From positions 2,666,001 to 2,730,000 of the forward strand of contig CDPCPM010000238.1 in the NCBI GenBank assembly GCA_976551045.1: DNA of 64,000 nt, given 5' to 3'. The translations under genes and the position numbers were made by a program. Shown in pieces: positions 1 through 10,279 of the stretch (position 1 is the first letter of the stretch; each line of letters starts with the position of its first letter). The DNA is from Glaucostegus cemiculus (lineage: Eukaryota). The notes below the pieces were generated by a model. That model was not told where the DNA came from and ran no database searches. It saw only the letters and a program-made list of their open reading frames with translations.

Positions 1-94
1 CACCACAACAAAACTACATTATATCTCATGGTTCACTAGTTAATGTAGGTATCTCTCCGCTCCAGTAACAACTTAGTCCTAACTCCTGCGGCTA

Positions 95-300
95 CTGTTG
101 TGGAGTTTGCATATTCTTCATCTGCCTGTGTGGGTTTTCCCCAGGTTCTTCAGTTCCCTCCCACTTTAAAACACGCTGGTTGGTTGCCTGCTGTAAATTG
201 TCCCTGGTGTACTTGGGTAGCAGGAGTTAAGGGACATGGGAGAGAGAATCGGTTGCAGAGAAATGATGAATGGGACTTCCGAGAGCTGGCACAGATATGA
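95..300 (+). mobile_element. Degenerate V-SINE/HE1-like SINE fragment (one per unit)
   Basis: gtggagtttgcatattc...gtgggttttccccagg...cctcccac resembles the V-SINE core domain. Confidence 0.65.
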
Positions 301-446
301 TAAGCCAAATGGCCTAATCATAATCAAGTATGATGTAGTACCAGCAGACCTGTACTAATTTACTTGCATGAGTGCATTTCTACCTGCTTCCAGCGGTCTG
401 CAAATGCTGGCCAGACTTCACAGTTGTTCTTATGCGCAGCAGTTAC

Positions 447-452
447 TTTATT
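447..452 (-). promoter_or_regulatory. Candidate polyadenylation signal AATAAA of copy 1 (also 15743-15748, 31107-31112, 46416-46421)
   Basis: Minus-strand AATAAA ~670 nt downstream of the stop codon, present in all four copies. Confidence 0.55.
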
Positions 453-1123
453 GAAAGGCTGGTCTCCAATCCCAAATATTCTAGGTGATTATGGAGCCTG
501 CAATTTGAATCTACTTTAAAATCTACCTATACATGTCGAAGTTTTTCTGTACATATGTTTGAACCTGGAGAAAATGAAAACATTTCTATAGTGGGACTAG
601 ACTGCAACTTCTAGTTGTTCCGCCCGCTTCAGTTCAGCCCATGGTAATTGTTTAGGGAAGGGTGCATTTCTCTCGTGGTTCAGTGGTTGTAAATTCCTTC
701 TCTGTTTTGTATGCAGGCAGGTGCCAATCACAGCAACTAACAGACATGAAGCCTCGGGTGGATTTGAAAACAAAAGTAGTTTTAATACGTTGAAAATAAC
801 ATTATTTTTAAGAAGTTGAATAAATGGGTATTTGCTTACAGGACGGAAGTTATCATGCGCTGACCCTGCGAAATGTTAATAACATCACACTAAATGCACG
901 GTGCGCTTCCAGAAGACAGCATAAGTGGGCGAGCGCAGGATTTGAATTTGCGCCCTGCGTAAAACTGCCTTGGACGTTAAAAACGCAGGTAGCTGACGGG
1001 CCGGTTTCCAACTCCGCCAGATTATCGGCTGACTGCTGAAGTTGGAAAGACCTCCTCCCTGCTCCCCTGTGATGTGGATCGTCAGTCCTTCGGCCGGCAG
1101 CAACACGCGATTTGGATCCTCCT

Positions 1124-1267
1124 TCATTCACGGTCCCACGTTCTCTTTGAAGTATTTACACCTGCGTACACTGAGTGCTTGTCCTGATGTTTAGGTGCTG
1201 ATGTTTTGTTGGATTTAGGAAGGTTCAGGGCGGCGTAAGTCAGTTTGTCAGCCCCGCCTCCTTTAGT
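1124..1267 (-). CDS. Copy 1 exon 7, terminal exon with ITIMs LTYAAL and SVYAGV
   Basis: TKGGGADKLTYAALNLPKSNKTSAPKHQDKHSVYAGVNTSKRTWDRE-stop; acceptor ctttcacAG; absent from the ORF track. Confidence 0.88.
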   Translation of the reverse strand, partial: TKGGGADKLTYAALNLPKSNKTSAPKHQDKHSVYAGVNTSKRTWDRE

Positions 1268-4200
1268 CTGTGAAAGTAATTCAATATCGTTTGTTATTGA
1301 ATACGGGAAGCAATCGATTTTTTAAACATCTTTGATCAGTATCAGATGGTGGCCGATTTATTAAGATCTTTTCTTACTCCGATTTTCTTATCTGATTATA
1401 CTGAGCCTTAATTCTAGGAGCCATTCCAGGCTCCACAGAGCAACGTTTACTTCCGTATTTACTATTGATATGTTAGGATGTTGACAGTGTAATCTATCTG
1501 AAGAAACAGGTAAACACTTAAAGTAGCATTTATATAACTAAATTCTTAGAATGCTAAGACATTGATGCATATTTTAGCTTTCGGCATCTGTTCCCAGAAA
1601 ACTGCTCATATAGTGGGAGAGCGGTGTTACTGACGGGGCTGCTGTGCTGGGGACCAAGTTAAGGAAAGACACTTCGCTGGCGCTCCGATCTCAATTAAAG
1701 AAGTCAGCGATCCAGTCGCCGCGTGGTCCGATGTGGAGTTAGCCACCCTAATGTGCAATGGTTATTTGTGAGGGTTGTTATTGGGCAAGATGGGTGGTGC
1801 AGGGGGGCCGAGAGTGGCTGTGATGCAAGGCTCAGTGCTGAATCTTGGGCGGCAAGGTAAGTGCGGACCAATGGTACTGACAAGCTTCAGACCACCCGAA
1901 TCCCACAATCCCTGCCATCGCCTCCGGCTGGGGGTGATGCAAGTTGCTGATTACCCTTTTTCCCAGCCCCGAGATTTCTCTGTGTTCACAAGGGACCACA
2001 CTAAGGTTACTGTATCCGAACCTCAGGGTTTGGAGAAGTGTTCTGCCAAAAAAAGAGAGGCATCGAACAGGAGGTGATGGGCAGACCCTTCTCACGCCAG
2101 TCCAGAGGAATGATGCCTGGACTGAAGGGACTGAGTTGCAAAGAGACTTTGGGAAGACTGGAGACACAGATGCTGGGATATGGAGCAACAACCAAAATGC
2201 TGGAGGAACTCAGTGGGTCAGGAAGCATCTGTGAAGGGAAATGGACAGTCGCCGTTTCTGGTGGAGACCTTTCAAGTCATCTGCACTGATGAAGGGTCAG
2301 GATGAAGGGTCTCAATCTGAAAGATGAACAGTTCATTAACCTCCACAGATACTGCCCGCTCCGCTGAGTACCTCCAGCATTTTGTTTGTTACAATGGGTA
2401 GGTTGGTTCTGACTTCCCTGGAATGAAGGGGGTTGAACGGTGACTTTATAAAGGGCTATAAAATTATAAGGGGGTGTGGATAGGGTAGATAATCAGTCTT
2501 TTTCCCATGGCCGGGGAGTCTAGAAAAAGAGGATAGATGTGGGAGTCAGAAGATTGAAAAGGGATCAGAGGGGCAAGTTTTCCACACAGAGAGTGCTGGG
2601 TATATGGAACGAGCTATCAGAAAATGTGGTAGAGGCAGGTAATATTACAGCATATAAAAGACATTTGGACAGGTACGTGGATAGGAAAGGTTTAGAGGCA
2701 TATGTGCCAAACTCAGGCAAATGGGATTAGCAGAGATAGACATCTAGTTCGGCACTGACGAGTTAGTAGAATGGCCCATTTCCGTGCTGTACGATTCCAT
2801 GAATCCCTCGGGTATACCTGGGAATAAATGACATGTTCCTCCTGGCGTCGACCTTTGGTAAATCCTTTGTCCGCTCTCAAGTTTAGTGTAGCGTAGGCAG
2901 TGGTATGTTTAACTGGTGCTTGTCTAGCCTGTTCCAATAAGACATTTAACACTGTTAGCGGCGAGTCTGATGGAGCGGATAGCTGCCTTAAGCTAGAACG
3001 GAATCTTAATTTGTAAACACACAGATCGATAAAATTGGGGCCCAGTAACATTCTACAATCAATGACAGTGCCCAGTATCTTACACGTGGGAGGATGTAAA
3101 TTTCTAAATGTAAATACTTTGGCTCTCAAGTCAGAATGGCTTTCAAGCTACAGCTTAAAATTTACCCTGTGAATAATATAAACTTCTCAATTCCAGCATC
3201 CCCTCCTTCCCCCTTATCTTTATCTTTCGACTTTCCAAAATATTTTTTTGTTGTTGTTGAATGCAGTGGCATCGGTCCCCTTCTCTTTCTCAGCGAGCAT
3301 GGTCTCTTGAAGTGGTCAAGAGCAGGGTCAGAGACTGACGTTTGCCTTATTCATTTCCCGGTACTTATAACCCTAGGTCTCTAACAGAATGTATGATCTA
3401 ATCACTCCCCCCTTTCCCATTTTCTAATTTAGGGATACCGGGGAGACCTGAAGCACTGTTCCAGACGGACGGACAGTCTTCCGCCTCTTCCTATCTATTT
3501 GGTTCCCTTGCGGAATAATTCCATGAAGGAAGTTAGGGTCTGGTGAGATACTTACGATTGAAACAGGGAAGGGAATTGGATAGACATGCCGCGTTAACTA
3601 CAGATATTTATTTTGGCATGACTAAAGCATGGCGTACAGAAGGAAGAAGTATTCCTATAGGTCACTTACTGGGTCTCAGCTGAAATATTGCACTAAAATC
3701 TGGGCACAACATCCTGAGAAAAAAATGTCTAGATCTGGGGAAAAAAGTTGCGAAGGAAATGTTTTAGTATGACACCAGCGATGAAAGACTAACTTATGCC
3801 AAGGATATCTAAAGCAGTTGTGATCGTTCTGCTTGTATCAGCTAGGATTAAAGACGTAATAAATATTTGAAGGATTTTGAATGAGTACTTACGGAGGAAC
3901 TATTTGCGCTACTAAATGAGTGAGTATACAAATGATATAAGAAATTTGCCAGAAGAATTGAAGAAAGATGTCGGGAATATTTTTATTTTTCTCAGTCATA
4001 GTTTCAGGATTGAGGACGTGTTGCTTCAACTCTGTTTCTGAGTAAGGGAACGGGTTTTTGTGTGAATTCTTTTAATGGAGATGGCTGTTGGACACCAGTC
4101 AACAAACGGTCTTGACAGAGGAGATCTAATTGGCAAGCCATTGTCAAGCAGATTCAAGACGGCTGGAAACAAGATTCTGCTGCACAGCCGTTACTTTGGT

Positions 4201-7200
4201 ACAGGGACCAGAACTGCACAGGAACCGCCCAACAAGGGTTTACCAATGGGATTATCAGCGCCTCAGCAAGAATCGCTACCTTTGCACCCCCCCCCCCCCC
4301 CCACAACTTTGTAATATATTTCAACATATCATTTGTCTTGTTAATTGCTTGGTAAATTTTCAGTCCGATGCGCAACGGCTCTTCTGAATAATAATTATTA
4401 AATTCACATCACTCAGGAAGTAATCCTTTTTTTCTATTCTTGCAACTTCGCACTTTGTCTTCTGCTTAATGTACATGACCTGCGGTGCATTCTTGGAACT
4501 TTTAAATAAGGATTGACAGATATTTGAAAATAAAGAGTTACGATAGACAGAATAGACACTTCTGCACCACAATAGTCTGATATTTTACTCAATGAAATTA
4601 AAAGATTGTCTGCTGAATGTAACATTTTTGAAAAAAAATCTTTGAAATATTAAGGACATTGTCACCCTACCGGTTCTGCGCTTTGACTTGGTTCCATCGA
4701 ACTTGTATTAACATCTACAAAAATAACGTGATTAGCAAAGTTTGTGATAACAATGTCAACATAATGTATTTGAAGCTCATGATATTTATTGCCTGAAGTA
4801 AGGATTCCATTTCGCGCGGATATTTTTGAAAACATTTAGCAATGCTGGTTGTTGCAAGTTTATATTTATATCTTAGCTTCTCATACTCTTTACTGATGTT
4901 GTACCTAATGTAGTGGGGCTTGACATTGAAATAGTAAAATGGTGATAGCATGCCACCAATTTTGATAGTCTCATAATTACAACGAAAATTCAAAGCACGA
5001 GGATTTAGATCAGGTCGCCTGCAAAGAAAATCAAAATCTATATCAAGTTGTTTATGATTCAAGATACTTTCAAAAATGCAATAAATGAACAATTCCAGGT
5101 GGTTGAAAAATTGAGGTGTAGAAGATGAATGATTAATTGGAATGAGAAGATGAATTTTTATTTTAAGTTCCACTTCATTTTGTCAGAATCAGCTATCAGA
5201 CACATGATGCTTTTGTTATGCCAGCTTAATAATTAACAATGTTTTTTATTCTTCTATAGTCGATTAGCATTAACCTGCTGCTCCTGTTTGTTAAAAATAC
5301 AATTAAGATGTTAACGCATTTCGTTTAATAAATGAAGGTCTTACCACATGACGCCTTTAATCTCCGTATTGTCAGAATTATAATTAGAACTAAAATTGCC
5401 AACCCGCCCGCTGCACACCCGAGAATCAGGACAATATGAGGCTCTACAGGAGAAACAGACAAATTAGAAGATGTAAAACCTATGCACATAGAGGTACACC
5501 GAGGAAATTGCGAAGCAGCAAAATAGAGCATTTCACGGTTGTTTTACAATTTCCATATACCGAATGGAACCATTGCAATTTAGTGATGAAATGTAAGAAA
5601 ATCAAACAAACCCTCTTACTTAATGAGCAGGGTGCCTCTGTTTACAAATCAGGTGACTTACTAAGAGTAAAACGAGTCTTGCTTTTCTCTTTGAGTGCGA
5701 CACTAAACAGTGGGCACAAGCTTTAAAAGTTACAAAGCCTTCCATATACCAGGACTGGCACCCAACACCTGTTTCTACAGCTTTTGAGGTGTAAGAAGAG
5801 TAAGTTGCATTTACTTTTGCATTTATAACCCTCCTGGCATGTAGAAATAGTGTATACTCACAACATTTGACGGCGAATCGCAGACTAACAGATATCAGGA
5901 GAGTTGACCTGATACTGCATGTAAAGGGCATGTAAACGTAAAGAACCCGCCTTTCATCCTAAAGAACACGTGTCTTGTTCCAGTCTTCTTCTTCTATGCC
6001 CCATCGTGTCTTTTTGCAGCTCAGAGCTGATTTATTTTGCTTAGGAACGCATCTGTTAAGTACCTTGAAGCTGTGCTCTGTCACAGGCACTATCTACATT
6101 CAACTTATCAATTCATCTTACGCGGATACAGTACAGAAAACAAAATCAGCGCGGAATAATGCATTAGCTTGTTTGTAAATTGCTTTTCCATTGTGAATAA
6201 ATGCGGTTCACATTTCCTCCTCATCCCATGTTTATACAGATGTCCAGCTACATTTCCAAAACGGGTTATAGCCCTCTCTCTGTTTCCAGTCTTACCTCGC
6301 TCCACGGTGTAGTCGACTCTGGCGGGCACCGTAAGGGATTCATGCGAAACCAGGCAACTGTAAACGTCGTTGCTCCAGGCAGGCGAAGTTATTTCGAGAA
6401 AACTGGAAGCCTCATACAACCCCTCCATGCTGCGGGTTTTCACGTTTTCTATCCCGGTCAGAATCGTTACACCATTTCTAAGCCAGGAGAACAAACATTC
6501 CCCCGGATAAAAAGCAGCCGTTTTACACATGAGTTTTCGCGAATTCGGTGAAGCCTCTTCAACCAGAAACATTTTGAGGGGAGTTGGCCGAGCTGCAACA
6601 GAAAAATAGGTATGTTGAATGTTTTCTTGGCATGTCAATAAATACACTCTGGTTAGCCTTATCACCTCGCGATCCCGCAGTCCCACCTGCGATCGCTTCT
6701 AAACCTGTAGGTTTGGCTTTATCGTCAAATATATTCAAGCAATGCATGAGGAATGTGAAACTACTTGTAGGTACTGTGACGGGAATGCGCCGCTGTTCTG
6801 AATGGAAGTGCCGGATTTTCCACGCGGTAGCAGCTAGTAACAAACTTCAGTGTTTACTTCAAAACTAGCTATTTTTAGACGTTTATTGCAAGGAATGAGA
6901 TATGTATAATGGAGTGTCGTAGCGACAGACAGCACAGAAATCAGTATGAACCCCCCCCCCCCCCCGGGTTCACACTAACCATTAAGCATTCATCTCCACT
7001 TATCCCATTTTCATCCAGCATCCCGATAAACTAGCCCCATCCTTGCCCTTCAGTAGGTACTTATCCCGCCAGCCAGCATCCTTTGGCATTTGGAAGAGAC
7101 CGGATCTCCGGAGGAAAATCCACGTGTGCACAGGGAGAATGTGAAATTGCAGGCAGAGAGCTCCCAAGGACATGATCGAACCTGCCGGCTGAAGCTGCGG

Positions 7201-9644
7201 ACAGCTGTGCTAACCAATGCGGAGCTGCATATATCGCACAGTCTGTAGCCGAGAGACAGGATTTGGTTACATGGATGGATTAGAGTTTGAGCTTTACTAT
7301 AGTTTCGGCAGCTGTTCGGTGCCCTGGATGGAGATGTCAGTGACCTCAATGTTCACTGGGAGGGTTTTCCCCAGAACGCGATCTGACCGTTGTTGTATCT
7401 CCCAAGGCACGACAGAGTTATACTGATAATTAGTTATTGCTGTGCCAGTCGTAGAACCGATAATGATGAAGGGACGTGGATCAGGAATCCAAACTCACAG
7501 CGCATTTGTCCTGCACTGTTGCCCTTTCTAATACGTACAGTGTTGAGTTGAACACATTTAGTCTGAATAGCTTCTACTGATATCAGCTCTATATTTGTCA
7601 TTTGCGAACATTGGTCTGCGTCAGTAAGATCTACAATCGGTGCTTAACTGGGATGAGAAACTATTTTTGAGGTGGTTTCAGAGTTTCTCACAAGCAATCT
7701 GTTTATTGTCTTAGTTTTTAACCTTCTTTAAGTTGTCTTCGTAACAACTCATTTATCAGCATTATTCTGAACTTCGGAAGAAACTGCAGTCTTTATTTCT
7801 CGGCCTCACTCAGTGCTCTGCCAGTTGAAGCTCAGAAGTTCTCCACGACATGACACGGACCTATTCTCTCTCAAACAAATATTTGGTGAGAGGTTTAGCG
7901 GAAAGCGCCGTTCTCTTCTCTCTCCAGAACTTCAGCCTCGGGTTTGAGTCGTGTAAAGAGAAATCACGAGGTGCAAGGACAGGAGCGCAGGCGCTTCCCC
8001 GAGAAACTGCTGCATCCTGCCGGTGTGTTGCAGAGGTTGAGTGTACAAAGGAAATCCTCTTGGAGTGAGACAGATGGAAATACGGGGATATTCGGTTCTG
8101 GGACTCAGGACTTGGATACCCCGACGACAAGCATCAAACCGCACCTCTCAACAGGTTATAAGATTCCTTTGTAAAATAACCATGGTGGTATGAAACGGGT
8201 TTCAGCTTCGGTTACAGACCGAGGACAAAGAGTAGATCATCCGAACCTGGAGGCCGCTCCGGTGTTCAGACAGTTCGCAGATGATTTGCGTGTCAGCCCC
8301 AATAACTGCATACCCTGCGACACCAAATCCGAACAAAACAGCTACACCTTAATCCTGAGAGGTCCATATGTTCATCTGTTTCCAGGGTGTAAGGGAAAAT
8401 AGTCCCAGATTTCCGAGAATTCGGCGTAAGAGCTACTGGATTTTCGATTGAAGCCCTGGCGCCAAAAACAGAACTCGTTTGTGAATTAACACAGACCGTG
8501 GGTGTACACTGTTCTTCTTAGAATGTTACTACTATGGTCTGGGGTGGAATGGTTGGTTTTTAATATTGCTTAAATTAACCGAATCAGGCTGAAGATGTTA
8601 ATATTATTGCCTTGTGTTGTGAAGAGAAATCTGTACTTCCAGTCAGAGCCACCATTCCCACATCCATACCGCTTCAAAACCTTCCTTGAAAAACGATTCT
8701 AACAAAATTCTAATGTGAGTCATTGGATTAAAAACACTCTAGCATTTCATGGGAATAATACAGTTTGAATCTGAATCCTGGGTAATAGAGTAAAATCGGT
8801 ATCGCGAATCAACCGGATGTTAATGGAAAAGACCCTCTATGGAAACACGGAATGAGAAACAGCACAAGTTTTCTCGTTCCACAGTTGCTGCCTGAGGTGG
8901 TGATTATTTCCAGAGAATTCAGATTTTCGGTCCGTTGCTCAGTTTGCTTTTGTAGTTTAAACCTGGATCAGTTATTATCGGGTTTCCCCCGAGTGACAAA
9001 CGTTCATAATACGCTCATCAGCGACCTTATTTTATATCGCAGGGAGCTCGAGTTCCCCCACTTACAGGACACTTACCGTACACAGTGAGGTTGGAGCCTG
9101 CTCCATCTCCGATAGACTGTTGCTGAGTTTTCACTTTGCAGTAATAGATCCCGGAGTCTGTAGCTCTGGCATTCAGGATAACGAAAGAGGCGCTGCCCCT
9201 ACTAACAGTAAATTGTTTTCTGCTGTCTGGTTCGACAGGTCTCTTCTCGCACCATTTCCACCAAGAAACGTTAGGAACAGTTTGTTGAATGGAGAATAAG
9301 CAGGACATAGAAACATTGTCTCCGCCGTGGACGGTCAGGTTTGCAGGGAATTGGTTCACTTTGCTCGATGTTACGTCGACGGCTGCCAGAAAATAAGCGA
9401 GAACATTGAAAACCGTTGCGCAAAGCGGAGAAGGAAAAAAAATATAACCACGAGGTGCAAAACAGAAAGATAATTTAGAAGCAACAAGCGACTGGAGAAG
9501 CACTGTAAGTAAATTCGCGGTGGGTAACCAATGTGGAATATTCTAAACAGTGTTTGATACACGGAAACAGCACAAATAACCGAATGTACCCTGCCAAACT
9601 GTAGCCAGAAGAGTCATGTACCGAACTGATGCTTTAACCAACAT
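1124..9644 (-). CDS. IgSF inhibitory receptor, SIRP-like VJ-C1-TM-ITIM, copy 1 (7 exons, 351 aa)
   Basis: Exons 9590-9644, 9077-9382, 6296-6592, 5345-5443, 4671-4714, 2818-2928, 1124-1267. All introns GT-AG, phases 1,1,1,1,0,0; the joined 1056 nt is open to TGA. Confidence 0.9.
2160..2390. mobile_element. Fold-back repeat, probably Penelope-terminal-repeat derived, nested in a CR1 fragment (also ~17460, ~32820, ~48130)
   Basis: Inverted arms caaaatgctggaggaactcag (2193) and ctgagtacctccagcattttg (ends 2384), with central ctgatgaagggtc. Confidence 0.7.
2391..2800 (+). mobile_element. CR1 LINE 3' end fragment (also ~17690-18100, ~33050-33460, ~48355-48770)
   Basis: FSTQRVLGIWNELSENVVEAGNITAYKRHLDRY matches the CR1 ORF2 C-terminus. 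Confidence 0.85.
2818..2928 (-). CDS. Copy 1 exon 6, cytoplasmic tyrosine motifs TAYATL and VIYSQ
   Basis: ARQAPVKHTTAYATLNLRADKGFTKGRRQEEHVIYSQ; acceptor gaacAG, donor GTATAC. Confidence 0.85.
3620..4030 (+). mobile_element. Highly decayed CR1-like fragment
   Basis: cagctgaaatattgcactaaaatctgggcac resembles the CR1 LEYCVQFWAP region; boundaries approximate. Confidence 0.5.
4671..4714 (-). CDS. Copy 1 exon 5, short cytoplasmic exon DVNTSSMEPSQSAEP
   Basis: tttttgtAG acceptor, GTAGGG donor; 44 nt converts phase 1 to the phase 0 required by the next exon. Confidence 0.8.
5345..5443 (-). CDS. Copy 1 exon 4, transmembrane segment
   Basis: EPHIVLILGCAAGGLAILVLIIILTIRRLKASC: hydrophobic run then basic stop-transfer residues; AG/GT flanked, 99 nt. 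Confidence 0.92.
6296..6592 (-). CDS. Copy 1 exon 3, Ig C1-set domain
   Basis: LMCKTAAFYP...SWLRNG...YSCLVSHESL are C1-set hallmarks; acceptor ttgcAG, donor GTAAGA. Confidence 0.95.
6925..7222 (-). mobile_element. V-SINE/HE1-like SINE, antisense, in the V-C1 intron (also ~22220-22515, ~37585-37880, ~53400-53715)
   Basis: ccggaggaaaatccacg...cacagggagaatgtgaaa...gatcgaacc...gtgctaacca is the reverse complement of the tRNA head plus V core. Confidence 0.75.
9077..9382 (-). CDS. Copy 1 exon 2, VJ-type Ig V domain
   Basis: B-strand Cys (VSMSC), C-strand WW, DSGIYYC, J-like GDGAGSNLTV; acceptor ttttctggcAG, donor GTAAGT. Confidence 0.95.
9590..9644 (-). CDS. Copy 1 exon 1, leader peptide MLVKASVRYMTLLATVWQ
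   Basis: ATG, 55 nt, phase-1 donor GTACAT; exon conserved in divergent copy 4. Confidence 0.8.
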
Positions 9645-9770
9645 ATTGCAAAACATTGATTTGGCCCCTTGCTGCGAATGAGGGAAGTGACCTCAACGGT
9701 CCGTGTAAGAACCTGTATTCATGAGCAACTATTTGACGCTTGAGATAGTGACATAGAATATCACATGACT
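9645..9770 (-). promoter_or_regulatory. Putative proximal promoter/5' UTR with ETS-like (GAGGGAAGTG) and C/EBP-like (ATTGCAAAA) motifs
   Basis: Motifs lie within ~50 nt of the ATG in copies 1-3; the ETS core is altered in copy 4. Motif match only. Confidence 0.35.
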
Positions 9771-10037
9771 GTTAGCACAATGCTTTACAGCACCAGCGAC
9801 CCGGGTTCAAATCTAGCCACTGTCTGTAAGAAGTTTTATACCTTCTCCCCATGTCTGCATGGGTTTCCTCCGGGTGCTCCGGTTTCCTCTAACATTCCAA
9901 AGACGTACGGGTTAGGAAGTTATGGGCGTACTATGTTGGCGCCGGAAGTAGGGCAACACTTGCGGGCTGCCCCCCAAAATCAATACGCAAAAGATGTATT
10001 TCACTGTGTTTCGACGTACACTTGACTAATAAAGATC
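9770..10037 (+). mobile_element. tRNA-derived HE1/V-SINE upstream of copy 1
   Basis: gttagcac...gacccgggttcaaatc (B box)...tgggtttcctccgggtgctccggtttcctc (V domain). Confidence 0.88.
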
Positions 10038-10279
10038 TCCCTGGTGAAAATGTTCTATCTGAGTTACAACCCTCTCCCAGACTTTAACGTGGCACCGTGA
10101 GTACACGACAGAGGCACTCACAATATATGGCAATAGAGGATCCTGGGACCAGAAGCAATCTCTAAATGAACAAAATGCCGTTCATTCACGTATTGTATTA
10201 GTTATCTCCTTTCAAGTATATTTTCTGATACGCTGTTTCTGATATCTGTTTCAGCTGAAGATAGTGGACAATATTTCCA

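Noticed and set aside
4715-5173. 152-aa minus-strand ORF repeated in units 1-3
   Set aside because: AT-rich intron sequence ending at the exon 5 acceptor; no recognisable motif; interrupted in copy 4.
5275-5283. 9-nt microexon GAGCAGCAG after the TM exon
   Set aside because: It would need a 61-nt intron and a weak GTTAAT donor; it is not required for frame.
7850-8402. Cluster of short ORFs in the V-C1 intron as a hidden second Ig exon
   Set aside because: No Ig Cys/Trp pattern in the frames examined, and the frames are not preserved in the copy 4 counterpart (~54300-54800).
9081-9087. Perfect RSS heptamer CACAGTG at the end of each V exon
   Set aside because: It is the reverse complement of the Leu-Thr-Val codons of the J-like strand. 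No ACAAAAACC-like nonamer lies at 12 or 23 nt, and V and J parts are already fused in one exon, so there is no evidence of V(D)J rearrangement.
9383-9503. Hydrophobic N-terminal extension of the V ORF as a signal peptide
   Set aside because: It is the polypyrimidine-rich intron 1, starts at a non-ATG codon and differs by indels among copies. A conserved 55-nt leader exon exists upstream.
1124-9644. Assignment as TCR, Ig light chain, NKp30 or NITR, or a definite SIRPA symbol
   Set aside because: An uncharged TM with a four-tyrosine tail excludes TCR, IgL and NKp30; the second domain is C1-set, not the I-type domain of NITRs. One C1 rather than two and no synteny in view prevent calling SIRPA.
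10122-10161. 40-nt AG/GT-flanked segment (RLLLVPGSSIAIY) as a leader exon
   Set aside because: The donor is not conserved in the homologous copy 4 sequence near 58590, and the 9590-9644 exon already supplies ATG and phase.
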